A DNA stretch of 64,000 bases. Origin: Amphiscolops sp. MND2022. Its lineage: Eukaryota. Under the pieces are notes generated by a model. That model did not search any database. It saw only the letters and a program-made list of their open reading frames with translations, and was not told where the DNA came from. Made by a program: the position numbers and the translations under genes. Within the stretch, counting starts at the first letter, position 1. Every line of letters begins with the position of its first letter. Where the stretch lies: assembly GCA_964187785.1 (NCBI GenBank), contig OZ076409.1, positions 42,348,001 through 42,412,000 on the forward strand. The letters run 5' to 3'. Below, one piece after another: positions 47,330-61,056 of this stretch.

Positions 47330-48130
47330 TCAACTGAAGAGCAAAAGTTCCTTTTTTTGCCCATACAGAAATAATCGAGCCAAATACAGCCGAGTGAGGA
47401 CAGCGAATTTTTGTGCGCTACTTTTGATCGAATTTCTGGTAATTTTTTGGTCACCAGGACGTAACATATCGAACATTTCTAACCAAAAATCTTCGGATTT
47501 ACAAATATCTTGCTCCATGCAGTGACGTTTGTTGAAATATGCAAAACAATGCAAAAATAATGCAAAAACAAAATAATATGCAAAAAAAACAAACAAATAA
47601 TATCACGCAGTTCTTTCAAAACCTTCCAAATGAAAATGCTTTGTTTTGAGTGCTGAAAAAAGCCGCTGCGCTTACAAAAATTTTTCTATGAAAATTTGAA
47701 AAAACACATTCATGGAAAGGAAAAGTTTCCGAAAAGAATATATATGACTTGGAAAAGCATGTTAAAAATCAAAGAGAGGATCTGATGGATGATTCGGGAG
47801 ATTTTTAGTTTTTGGCATTTTGGCATTCGACACGTTTATGGTTGTTTCGACCCACAACAAAAATCCACTAAATTAGTCGAGTTTTATCGAATACAAAGCG
47901 TCGGCTAGAAAAATGTGGGTATGGGTAAAGGTATCCTCGAAGCCTACTGGTGCTTTTCTTTTGTTTTGATTGCATACAAAGCTTTTTGAGAAAATCAAAA
48001 ATCTTAGTTTTCGACCAGTTATTTTTAATTGTTCGTTTTCTTAGACAACGAAAACTCCCATTTTTGGTCGGGAATTGTTTCGTCCACCAGCTTCCGCCAT
48101 AACGTCCAAGTCTTTTCTGTAACATTTCTA
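47330..48130 (-). pseudogene. Decayed PP2A regulatory subunit B'' (PPP2R3-like, EF-hand) remnant
   Basis: EDFWLEMFDMLRPGDQKITRNSIKSSAQKFAVLTRL resembles the B'' C-terminal DEIFDMVKPKDPLKISLQDL region. Upstream MLQKRLGRYGGSWWTKQF resembles MLSKEELSRYGTATMTNVF. Order is correct, with an intron-like T-rich tract between. Compared from memory only. Confidence 0.45.
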
Positions 48131-48828
48131 CAACTTCACATCAGTTGGATTGGGGGTTATAACCTCATTCTTCAGCTGTGGTTTTTCGGTACTTTGCCAC
48201 TTTTTTTTACACAGCTTTTATTTTTTTTGAGGTTTCTCTTAAGCAAAACAATTTTAAAAGTCCTAGGGTTGGCCTTTTGGTCATTTTTGGTCCTGTGGGA
48301 CTGATTCCAGTTGTCTCAATAATTGGGGCAAGGCCTGCTGTCTGAGCAGAAATTCTATAATTTTTTCACCCTACTTTCGATTTTTTAAAACGCGTTTTTC
48401 GTGACCAGATGATCACATCTTTGGGTAATTTGGGCACTTTATTGCTTTTGTTGAGAAAAAATTGGGGAAAATTACGAGTTTCTGTAGTGATAACAGTTGA
48501 GAAAAAGTCTTCTCTTTACACTAAAAGGTTCTCCCTTTGATTATTTCCGCTGTAAAAGTATGCAAAAACTTGCAGTGCCACTGCTCCTTTTGTTTCATTT
48601 ATGCGGTTTATTCTGTCCAAAATTACTGGAACGATGAAAAGTTAGCCCAAGGGGTTAGAGTGCGAAGTTTGGAAGTAAGATGTTGTAGATTCGAATCCCA
48701 CTTGAGGTAAGTAGTTTTAACTTCTCCGAAATGAACTGAATCCATACTCTGATTTTATCGTTTCAAACAAAATAAAAGTCTGTATTAGCCCAATTCAAAA
48801 GCTTAATTATATCTGAACTGATATATCT

Positions 48829-49209
48829 AAAACCAGACGCCCGCTAAGCAGCGGGATATTTTCGCCTTCTTCGCCTTCGCCAACTGAGCCATAGCTATTT
48901 TAGGAGGGGGAATAGGATTTAAGGTATAAGATCTAAAATTTAGTGATTTTAGATCTTTTTCCCTATATATCTTATTCCCGTTCTGAAATTTTAGATCTTT
49001 TCTCTTTAAGATCTTATTCCCATTTTTGACTTCAGATTTTGTTCGCCCCTCTAAGCTGTTTTAGTTACTTGACTATTTTAGTTACTAGTAACTAAAATAG
49101 TCAAGTCACTATAGGTGAGGTCGAAGAAAAAACTGGAGGAGATTTGGCAGAATATGGAAAAAACGCAACACAAATTATGATCCCCCATGATATATGGGCG
49201 GAAAATAAA
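48829..49209 (-). mobile_element. HINE-like family B copy with shortened tRNA-like part and a ~150-bp insert
   Basis: Minus strand: TTATTTTCCGCCC ... TGGCTCAGTTGG ... GGCGAAAATAT-CCCGCTGCTTAGCGGG-CGTCTGGTTT; AGATCT-rich insert at ~48903-49051. Confidence 0.7.
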
Positions 49210-49263
49210 CAGTGTTATATTTGCAGTGAGAAGTTGGGTATTTGAAATTAAAGACTGTTTTTT

Positions 49264-49527
49264 TTATTTTCCGCCCTCACAAGTTTACTTGATTAGAGGG
49301 AGGAAAATCACCGACTGCATTCCAATTTCTGCAAAAAAAACTTTTTAAAGATATAATCCATTTAGTTACTGTAGTGAGTGAGGAGTTAATTAATCAAAGT
49401 GGATATTTTAGACACGGTGGCCCAGTTGCTAGAGCGATCGCCTGCCAGTCAGTAAGAGGTGGGTTTGAAACCTGGCTAGAGCCTGAAATTTCCCGAAAAT
49501 ATCCCGATGCTTAGCGGCTTTGTATTT
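49264..49527 (+). mobile_element. HINE-like family B copy, head-to-head with the previous one
   Basis: TTATTTTCCGCCC ... TGGCCCAGTTGC ... GGTTTGAAACC ... CGAAAATAT-CCCGATGCTTAGCGG-CTTTGTATTT. Confidence 0.65.
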
Positions 49528-50903
49528 AATTTTTTGTAATCTGAATATTGCATCAAACTAAGTCTTATTGGAACCGCTTTCTAATTGAAAGGTTTCAACC
49601 AAACTAAAGATGCTCATTGTCCGAATTATTGACGATATGTCCGAATCATGTAAAGGGAAGAAGGTGGTTGTTCGAAACTAACTAAATTACAACTTTTGTA
49701 TTCATTCAAATTTAAAGATGAGAACATTGTTTTCCGATACAACGTATAGGCTACTTTTTTTGTTTGTTTAGTTGTTCCCTCAGTTTTGTTTAACATTGAA
49801 AACTCTTGCAAGTTTTTCAATTCACAGTTGATAGACCCTGTTGACGCATGACATCACAATGATTGCGCAATAATTAATAGAGCACTTACCATAGTTTCAG
49901 TCCTTAGGTTCAGTCCTTTCTTTCGAACCAGTCTGTGTGATTTCGAATCTGTGACGGCGGTTCTTTTTTGACATGTTTATATTTCTCCCTGTTTACAATT
50001 TATTGACCTGTATAAAAATCATTGCTCTTTTCGTATTCACACAATTAAGGGAGCAATGATATGAAATCTGATGACACATATATTATATAAACAATCTGCT
50101 GAGTTCTTTTTGTTGTCCCTTTGGCTGTAAATGCTTCACTAAGTAGCCTACAATCAGTTTCCTACCAGTCCCCCAACTCGCCCTTTCTACATCATTTATA
50201 TTACATTCATACCGTCAATAAACGTTATCAAATGTAGTCCTCTTCTTTTGAGACAAGAAGCTTTAGAAGTTTGAACTCTATCTTGAGTACCCTCAATCTC
50301 TCTAGTTCAAACTTTTTCTTGAGTTACCCCGTTGTAGCTTAAGAGCTACCCCGAAACAGACTTGATGAGAAAGCATTTAGTTCAAGTGTTATTTTTCAAA
50401 AGCCAGACAGTTCGACAGATGTTTTAGACAAAGCTCATAGGTTAGTTTCTGGCCAGAACGCTGGACATTAAACAAGATTACTTCTACATAATCTCTCCTG
50501 ATCTTTCCACATTTATTGTTCCTTACATATTTCTAAAGCCCTACTGTAAGATTATACGAAAATTATCGCAGTGTCACTGCGCCTATTGTTACTATTTTCT
50601 GTCGAATAGTTATGGTTTATTTGAAGTGTTGCCATTATCAGTTAGTGAAAAACACGATGATTAAGTTAGCTTGTGCTGGATTAATATTAACCTTGAATCT
50701 TCATGTTTATTTTCGGTGCCGTGTTTTGCTTAGGAAAAACTACTGATCAAACAGGGAGCGGGACAAAACAGATTATCAAAATAGGACAAAATAGCTGATT
50801 ACCAAATCACGTGTATGCATCAGTCTAAGTTAACTGACACAAATGGGACTCCTAATTACGAAATAAACATAGCAAAAAAAGATACATTGAGTATTTTTTC
50901 CAT

Positions 50904-51185
50904 GTGGTTTTTGTCTCTGTTTAAATGGTTAATTATGTTGATCAGGTTGTTAGAATTTTGTTTCTGTTCAAGAAAAAGTGTAATTGTTGAATAATAAAAG
51001 TGATATCTCAACCGTTATTTAGAACAAAAGTGTATCAATGATTATAATCATTGATACACTTTTGTTCTACATAACGGTTGAGATATCACTTTTATTATTC
51101 AACAATTACACTTTTTCTTAAACAGAAACAAAATTCTAACAACCTGATCAATATAATTAACCAATTAAACAGAGACGAAAACCAC
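50904..51185. repeat. 282-bp spacerless palindrome
   Basis: Centre ATTA|TAAT at 51044/51045; 141-bp arms with 5 mismatches counted by eye. Confidence 0.95.
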
Positions 51186-52279
51186 GTATTATAATATGTG
51201 TCACTTCTTTCAGAGTTTGTTGATAAACAACTCGCTTGTCTTCAGACGGATATTCGGTAAATGTCATGACGGATAAACGGTATAACAGATAGAGCAGCCG
51301 AATTTCAAAATGTGACAAACTCGTCGATTTTGATGAGGTACGTACTTGCTTCATTTGAATACAGAATAAAACAGATGGTGTGAAAAATGAATGGTAATGA
51401 GGAAAGTAGTGTACCATACTGTAATAAATGAATTGGACCTCTGATTGTAAAAAATGATTTGGACTCGATTAAAGGAAACCAAAATCTTCTAAACGAAAAA
51501 GTATTTTGGAAAACTGTAAAACTAAAAGTTAACTAAATTTCAATGTTGATTACAAACATTTTCGTTTGAAAATTCTGAGATCAGTATACAAAAACTTAGA
51601 AGCTATGCATTTTACTAGTGATTTCGTTTCTAACCTATTTTAGTTCAAATTTCGAAAGCCTTGAGTGTAGAAAAAAATTCATTTTCAATCTTTCATACGC
51701 TTTTTCAACAAAAGTATCCACTGAAATACTTTTTATTACCGAACTTTGTAAAGAAACCTTCTTGAACAGGACATATCAGAGAAAGAAACTTGAATGCAAT
51801 GTATTAAGATACGGCACACAAATTCGATTTGAAAGAACCCTTATATAATAATAGTTTCCTTCAAGTTTTCTGTCAACAAAGCATATTATCGTCATTAGTG
51901 GATGGATTAGTCTCTGTCAATATTACAAAATTGCAAAAGTGCGTCTGTGAGACGTCTAATTTTGCAAAAATTGCTCCTATATCAAAATTCAGTAGGAAAT
52001 ACACATTGCTGAAAGTGATATTACAAAGCTCCAAAATTGTTTGCAAAACTGATTCTGAAGTGTTTTCACAAATTTATTTTCTTAACTTTCATAGTTTAGA
52101 ATAGCACTTCGCCCAGTCAGCCATTTTTCGAAACTTAACCGAAATACTTATCAAAGAAACAGACAACTGAACATTGCAGAGAACATTACCCTAACGAACC
52201 TACAAGGGTAAGCCTCCGACTCGCAACCGGTATTTACACGAGACAATGGTTGCAAAGATTTCGTCAATTTAGCAAAAGA

Positions 52280-55200
52280 GAACATGAAATGGATATTTCC
52301 CCATTACTGGAAGGAGGAGACGAAGTCAAAAAACAAGATGTCCGAAAAAAATGAAGTTCCAGAGAGTTCATATGTGGGATTGGCCTTCGAGTACTTTACC
52401 AAAGAAGGGGAGCTTGATACAGACCAGAACCAGGTGAGACAGGAAGAACACAAAACAGGAAGCACTACTTCAACCAAAAATGACATACGGTAAAAAAGAA
52501 CCAAGACGCGAAAAATTCTAATCTAATCATAATAATTGCAAATCGACAAGTCAGGTTCTGTAATGCCCTGAATTGGATCCCATTACACAAATATCCCGCA
52601 TTGGAATTCAACTGCAACAAATGCGGAAAGAAAAGCCACTTCGCAAAAGCATGTAGACCAAGAATCAACGTTAATTGAACAGTGAGAAAACCCATTAAAG
52701 AAGAAATAAATGAACCGAACGTATCATTGAGCGATAACACGAAACCATACAACACATGATGGAAACAAAGACAATCGAAGAAAAGAACAAACATTACACC
52801 ACAACAGTGAAATAAAACGGAGTGAAGAGAGAATTGGTAATAAACAACGGATCACCTAAACCAATAACGGCACCGGTCGATTAAAAACAAATTTTACCGG
52901 AACACAGAAAACAGCGGACAGGTACCTGAACGGATACAAAATTTCGGTGAATTTTACTAGGAAAAACTTCCTAGTAAAATGGAATCTGAACACAACAAAC
53001 CAAAGATGGCAATAACAATAATGGAAAACGCTAAAACAACGAGATTACTTGGAATGGACTAGATCGAAAAATAGGAAATCACGATGTTAAGAATACAATT
53101 GCCCAAGAACAACCAATCAGTATCAGAGAAAATTTTCGAAAACCTTCCGTATCTATTAGAGAATAACGTTTCAATGGAATACACCAAGATAGACATTCAA
53201 CTGGAGTCGGAACAATGCTCGGCGGTACACAGAAAAACAGAAAGATACCATTACACCTACAAGAAGGCGTGGGCGAAATAGAGATACTAATAAAAACCGG
53301 AAACTTGGAAACTATGAATGACGTTGATGTTGACTGTTTGGTATCTCCAGTGGCAAACACCCTGAAAAGCGATAAACCGTGAAAACATGATTCACGGAAA
53401 TGACAACGACATTTGCAATTTTTTCGATATCGCCTACAAACGCGAACAGAAGTATCCGAAGAAACAAGATGACAATGCGTAATTGAATTAACTAGGGGAA
53501 AACTTAACGTATTCTGTAGATTTACAAAATCATTTTAAGGACTTTCTCATATACCCACATTATTCCAAGAAACAATTAACCGAACCCTTACAGCTGCACA
53601 CCGGCTTGGCCACACAATATTATAGTGGTAACCCTGGGGTATAATCAGGTGCACAAAAGAAACTTTTCGATATCCTGAGAAAACTAAAAGTATCGGTTGA
53701 AGAGCAAGCTAAATCCATTCGAACAACGAAAGTGGCTAGGACATGAAACGGACGCGAACGGGGCAAACTTGAACAAAGAAAATCACGAAACAATGAAGAA
53801 TTTGAAACCAACTGAAAAAACAGAATGGCCAATTTCATACTAGAACTATGGAACGGACGACCCGACTTAGAAAATCACTCGCGAAAATTGGACCATGGAA
53901 ATGGCGACTGGGTAAACAAATGACTTCAACCAAAACTGATGTCTAGCACAATACTCGAAAGATAAAGACAATAGTAACTACCAATGCTAGCTCAACTGGA
54001 CTCACAAAAACACTTAGACAAAAAAAAGATGACGGAAACATAAAACTGTTAGCGTACGGAAGTCGATGTTTAAACGACACCAAGCGGAATTAATCAATCG
54101 GTGAATTAGAACGTCTGGCCGTTGTGTGGGGATTTTACAAAAACGTATTTTAGTTTTATTGGGAAAGATATATTTGATAAACAGACCACCAAGCAATAGA
54201 AGCTGTTGAAAAATGAAACTGATACAATATATTGCGAGATGATCACCGCGGTTAAACTGGCTGGCGCAGTTCGATATCGCAATTCAACTGTCGTGTGCCA
54301 ACTAACAAAAAATTTTACAAATAAACTTAACTGCCAGCAAGTGAGCCCGAAGAGAATACACATCGCATAAAAGAAAGGCGAACGACGAAAAAAATACAAG
54401 ATTGTTGAAAATAAACGAAAGAATGAAAGATTTCTTCATACAAAGTGGATCATCAACAATGACACTATTGCCGCTGGACGAGCGAACATTGAGTTTAACG
54501 GCGTTTCATACATCAACAAATCGGTGAAAAGGTGTAAACAAAATCGAAGTATTATTCCGGAGAAAAGTACCGTCAGTGTTGGATATGAACTTACCAAGCG
54601 ATGAAAAAATCCTAGCAACCGGCAGAGCAGACATAACACCCTTATTCGGAATGAACTGATTGAAAATATTCTGACTTTCCGTTGAAAGAACAGCTGAACA
54701 GAACAAAAGCAAATATTCCAGCCAGCTTCCAAATTGATTTGAGAATAACGAAACGAGCAAATAATGAAACGAGCAAATCGACTAAGCCAAGGCAAAACCA
54801 GTTCCATTGAACAGCAATACCGATACCGCTACTTTTACGAGATTATATGAGAAAGCAATGAACAAAAATTGGATTCCCAGAGGAAATTAGCAACATTTAC
54901 AAGGATTGTTTTGTGTCTCAGGCAAAAGTTCCACGAAACACCTGGCAAACATTTCACGAAACACTAGATAAATCCGTTGACAACGCGTAAGACTAGTTGC
55001 TACTAAGTAATGATTGCATAAATAATGAGACAACACATGCCAATCATGGAGGAACTGATAAGATAAACCAAATTTCTGTTGAAATACAGAGGTCCCCAAT
55101 ACCAAAACTACTCATTGCAAAAACGAATTAGAATATGAATATGAATACGGACAAATGAACTGTTTCGAAGAATAAACGAGACAATCCATATTCGATTTAA

Positions 55201-55300
55201 ACGGGGAAAAATTACTGCGTACTCTGAAGTCCGAGAAAAAGCTTTAAAAAAAAACAGAACAGGCGAAGTTAAACCCGAACTCGTTATGAACTGAAACAAG
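52280..55300 (+). mobile_element. Highly decayed Ty3/Gypsy internal region; boundaries approximate
   Basis: CNKCGKKSHFAKAC at 52613; protease relic ELVINNGSP at ~52830; IPLHLQE...CLVSPV at ~53245-53355; RNase H LAYGSRCLND...GELERLAVVWG and TDHQAIE at ~54050-54200. Confidence 0.85.
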
Positions 55301-55722
55301 TAGTATGGACGCGGAGTAGATGAACACTGAATCAAAAGTGAATGAAGAAATTTGCGAGCAGTAAAGAACTTGAAACCACAGGAAAATACAAATGCTCATT
55401 GCAGTATACCGTTGTGGTCATCGGAGATTAAAGAGGTAATATACTTCTTCCTGACCTATATGTGTAACTTTCTGCAACCCCAAATGCACACGAGAAACGG
55501 TGTAGTTGCAACAGCCATACAGTCTCGCATAATACATTTTACCGAATGTAGCGGGAAACACCATTTGAAATTCAACACGGTAAGTACTGAGATTCGAGTT
55601 GACAAACCTTGTTGAGGACGGGAAAACTCACATAACAGATTGGTCAGAAATGTCTCCTTTAGGATATTTTACCGGGAAACATGAGGCCACCCTCACATTC
55701 ATCATGTCTGTTCAGGAGAACC

Positions 55723-55935
<213 letters not shown>

Positions 55936-57931
55936 TCTGTGTTTTTAAAATCGGCTGTTTTATCCGCGTCCATCCTAAAGTTGATAACTAACAAACAATA
56001 AAGCAAAGTGATATAATCTTCAAACACGGAGTGACCTTGAACCGTAACAGATGACGTGATAGACTTTGGAAACAAAGATTTTGCAAGAGTTTTGATATAA
56101 AAATCATTTCTTTTTGACAACACAGTTCTCGCAACGATAAAATGTATGAACATTTGAACATTCAGTGCCTTTGAAGCTTTTTCGTGTCATTTAATCACCA
56201 TATAGGCCGGAATATAGGTGTTCCTAGAGTTAATGGAACCTAGAGTTAATGGTTTCCGCGGTTTTACGTAATGCGATTACCCGCTGTTCGGGTATAGATA
56301 CAACTTTAGGTTCGGTCGCATTCAACTACTTTAGATTTTGAGATATCACAAGCCAACGTCGAGTGTCTTTCTTCAACCGAGCTCAACTGTCCGTGTCCGC
56401 GTACCTCAGATTACCACTGCTCCTCATTACCAATGCAAAAAGCTGTTTCAAACTTCCGTGGACTGTCTATTTCATTTATTTCATATGATTTTCTACGTAG
56501 CATTGCCAACGCGCTGTGACGCAGGGTCGACATAGTGCACTATTGTTGCTAATAGCCCGCAGCCGAGGGATTCCAACGGGGTTCCAGTTTAGTGTCCTCA
56601 CAAATTTTTGTTCAGAAGTGAAACGTTACAAGTTTTCTCTTAATTTTTAGCTCAGCTTCCACCAATTAGAGCCATTATCTCGCTGACGTCAATTCATGAC
56701 GTGTATTTAAAGTTGTGATAAGTATCCTCTGCTTTGATAGACACCAGTTTTGATAAATAAAAAACACCGGAGTACACTATGGTTAGCTTTCTCAACTGAC
56801 TTTTTTGAATCCTCCTAGCTGGAAACGTAGTAAAAGTGGTTCTGCTTAGAGTCTGGATATCACGCGAAAGTAATGTCATTTTCACAAAAATTCGACAATA
56901 AAAAACCCTAAAGAGGGATATTTGAGTCATTAAACGTATTATTTGAATGAAGCCGGCTTTCCGCCAAAACTATACCAAGTGGAAGTTATTCACTAAAGAT
57001 CGAATCTAATTGCACTCGGAAACAAGACTCAATGAGTGAACAAAATTTCGATGAACCTCATGTTCCAATGGACGAAAACTGATCTGAAACAAGAAAAGTC
57101 GCCTAAGAACCATGAACTTAGTCCCGACACAGTGTGTTATTGAAAAACTTGAAAAAACATTTATGTCAAAGCAGACTCATATTACTGCATAAGTTCTCAC
57201 GTGATTGTTTAGAAACAAACAGCCGTTTGAGCAGCCCAATCTGTATTCAACAACACGGCACTGTCTGAAAACGGTGCTTCGCTCAAAGTCAAAAAAACAA
57301 GGACCCATCAAAATGCTCAAGGTCTTTTTAGGAAGAACTATTAACTTTCGGAGTTGTCAAAACACTTAAGGAGTGTCCTGTGGCCTGTAAAAATGCTTCT
57401 GTCTCGATGAAAACATCAGAAAATGCCCACCTTGATGTATTTGTTTGCAAAATTTGAATTGCGCCAAACTCCAAAACGAACCTGAAGAGTGCAGTCGTGT
57501 GCATTCTGACAATTTTTGCGCTGTTTCTAAGACGTAAGTTTTTGCTTGAAGTGAGAATGGACAGCCTTAATGCCGCAACTGAAGCCCTTACAAATGAAGA
57601 AATTGAACTTGTCTTGAGCAAATTTACAGAATTAATTGTAAAAAACAGGTGGTGATTTGAAGTCACGCAATAGACTGACTGATCTGGAAGAAAAGTTTAG
57701 CGATCGGAAATTGTACACGTGAGAGGATTGTGTTATGCTCGAAAATATGCCTCATTGCACATAAAGCTTCATGTACGGAGCAGGTTTGTTTTTTTTTGAA
57801 AAAGATAATTGGAATTTTCTACAAATGCGTCAAAATCAAATGACGTGATGAAATATTTCCTCCGGCCATCGTCGTCAAATTTTTGTACTTCGATGAAAAA
57901 ACACTGCACGGCCGAAAATCAAACTTGCAGG

Positions 57932-58470
57932 GATAAGCCGGGTGTGGCCAAAGTCTGCAGTGCGCTATATCTAAGGCTCAACTAGCGCAAAGTTTTTGAA
58001 ATGGTGAAAGGGGGACCTCTTGGGTTTTTTGAACCTCCAGTTTGTTGCAAATTATGAAAACAATTGAAAAAGGGACCCTTCGGAGACTTTTAAAAAACTT
58101 CTTTTAAAAGAGATTTTTGAACAGTGCCACAGTGCCAAAAATATTACTGAAGACTTTGACAATTTTAACAGCAATACTGTTGCAAAATATCAAGTCAAAC
58201 TGAAAGAGACCCTTTCCTGCAATCCACCAAAGTCCAAAAAAAGTCTCAAAGTGCCGAACAACAACCAAAGGAAAAACACCAAAATACCCAAAAGGGGATC
58301 CTTAGTATGTTTTCGAGGTTCTTGACGCCGGTTTTGTTTCTATTTGTATTATACGAATTTCTGAGGGTTCGATTCTTTTGGACCTCCATAGTTCAAGATG
58401 TTGAACAAATGAACTAAACTGTGGACCCATTGTAAGAAATGGGCAACTTCATTCAAAGGCGCCGACTAAA
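57932..58470 (-). mobile_element. HINE family A copy inside the LINE
   Basis: GCGCTATATCTAAGGCTCA near the start, GGGGACC repeats, ends AAAGGCGCCGACTAAAA. Confidence 0.7.
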
Positions 58471-60413
58471 AGCACACTGTTAAGCCTAAACGGGTATCTC
58501 TGAAAAAACGACTGTCCCGTTTCCTGAAAAGTTTTGAACACGCAAAGCAAAATGGTCTCGACGCTGCAACTTGAAAATGCTAGGTGAAATTTTCCATTTG
58601 AACTTAAAACAAGCAATTTCAGAGCGTGCTCATGAATTCCAATAAGGTGTCGACAACATTAAAGAGGAAGCCATGAACAAAGACCGCCAAAGCTGCGAAA
58701 ACTCGTCACTAAAGTTGTTCCAAAAACCATGACTCGAAAAGACTCGAACTTCACTTGAAAAGACTACCTGGGAAAGCAAGTAAGAAACAGAACGCTCCTC
58801 GTCAAGACGATAAACCCGCAGAACCATCAAAAAAGCATCACGGTTCAGAAAAACATTTGCAGTCTTAAAATAGGTTAACTTATACAGCTACACAATTTTG
58901 CGAAGCCGACAAAGATGAAACAGGTACTTACAACAACTATTGATTGCAAAATCACCCGAAAGCAAACACTTGAAGTTTTTCAAATCAATGTGGCAAAACA
59001 TAAAAGAAGATAAAATTTTGTCGAAAATAGTTTTTTGTTGGAATTCTACCTTTAAATACTCCGATTTCTTCATGAGAAGCTAGAGATTGAGCGTGATTCA
59101 TATACTCATAAAGCAAAACTTACTGCACTTTCGGAAACCTGGCTGACTAAATCTGCAACTGAATACTTAAATACTACCGGCAAAAAGTTAGAAAACCAGA
59201 AAGATTATTCAATCGCTAGTTACCATCCCATTAAGTCCAAACTGCGGAAAAACTACAAAGAAAAGCAAAACCTGTTGTATCCTTTTACTTGAAGTGAACT
59301 TCGGAATATTTGGTGAGTTGAGTACGACACCAACGTCGAGTATGCAGTTATTAAAGTAGATTTCAAGAATTCAAAGTCCAAAAATTTTTGCGTCAAGTGC
59401 AGACAGCATGCAAAGATGCCTAATGCACTTCTTCCGGAATTCGAACTGTTAAAACAGGTTTTGATACGTTTCGAAGACTTCGACGATACTAATTGAGACT
59501 CAGATGAAAACATCATTAACGAAATCTTCGTTCGGTCTACAACGTCAGGAGGCAAAACGTTGAGCTGCTACGGCTGAAACCAACATCATCAAAATGTCTC
59601 GAACATTACATTACTATATACCACACCACCTATCGAACTGAAAAAAACGCTAAGTGAATAATGAATAAGACTATTTGATTTTCTGGATGTTAAAATTGAA
59701 GAAACAACAGCAAGTCCAAATAAAATTCGAATAAGAAACTTGACAAACATTAAAGGCGACAGAGCTATAAATATTCCTTTTTTTCTCGAGCAAAGGATAT
59801 TGTATCTAGATTAAAACAAATCACATTATACAGAACAAATTTCAAGATGTGTTTCTGAATGCAATGTGCGAATCGCATCACTAACAGAAATTAAGACAAA
59901 GGAAACTCCTACTACCAATACAGCAAAAAATGCCACTACCAAACGAAACAATTTTTGTAAAACTGGATGAATGCGCCTGTGAAAACAAACTAAAGAATAA
60001 CAAGAAAATAAATAAAAGTGATTACATCAGTTCACCACAGTTTATTAGGAAATTCTTACGCAATCCATGAACCAGTACTAATCACAGAAATTTGAAAAAC
60101 CTTGTTTCAAAAAAAACAAAAACACTTGCATTCAAAGTGCAGATATCAAACATATCAAACAATTGAACGAACATATTGCAACCATGGGTTCTTTCATGTC
60201 AACAAAATTCTCATGCACGACGGAACTGTGAAAGTGCTGAACAACAACAAAACAATGTTTTATCACACACTAATTCGAAGTTTCAAGAAAAAAGTCTGAC
60301 CATCATGGCTTCAGCACTGAAATGGTAAAATGCTGCTTCCCCATGCCAGAGAATAATATAGTGAAACATTCATAGAGTGTGTGAAAATAAATTTCAATGG
60401 CAAGTTTTTTCCT

Positions 60414-61056
60414 TTTTAGTCATGCAACAGAAAGTTTTCTTACTTATTTTTTTACAGAACTTTTAACTACTGGACCGGCAATCGGAAAACCATCAAAATG
60501 AATGCAATGGGTCCCTCTTTCATTTCTTCCAATTTTAACGTGAAATACAAAACCGTGGAGACTATAGGATTCACCTTGTGGTGTACTCAAGGTGAGAGTG
60601 TTCAAATTGTCTAAACAAACTGTTCATTTTTGTGTGAATAATTGGTTTTTCCAGTTGCACAGCAAGCTTTGACGTTATATTCGAAAAAAAGTTGCTTCTC
60701 ATTAAAATGTTGGCCGAGGCGATGTTCGATTACAATGCGATAAATCCGTTGTTCTGAATTCATATCCGACGTAAATTGCGTTACACTTACGATGAAGCAG
60801 AGGTTCGCGAAGCTCCTACTTATGACATTATATCTGAATTGAATTCGGTTTTACAAAGGGGGAGGCTGAGCGCTCCCATGGGACCCAGCAAGCTATATCC
60901 GAACTTTTGAAGCAGTTTCCGAGCACTGAAGCCACCTTTTGGGTGTTTTGACACTTTACTGAGCTTTTCATGAAAAACTTCATGCGCATAATTTTCGAAC
61001 TTTGCACTTTTTAGGCCTCAAGTATAGCCCTAACTTTAGACGTTGCCCCCTTGTTT
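60414..61056 (+). mobile_element. Diverged HINE family A copy inside the LINE
   Basis: TTTTAGTCATGC start; ends TATAGCCCTAACTTTAGACGTTGCCCCTTGTTT; carries units of the minisatellite. Confidence 0.6.
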
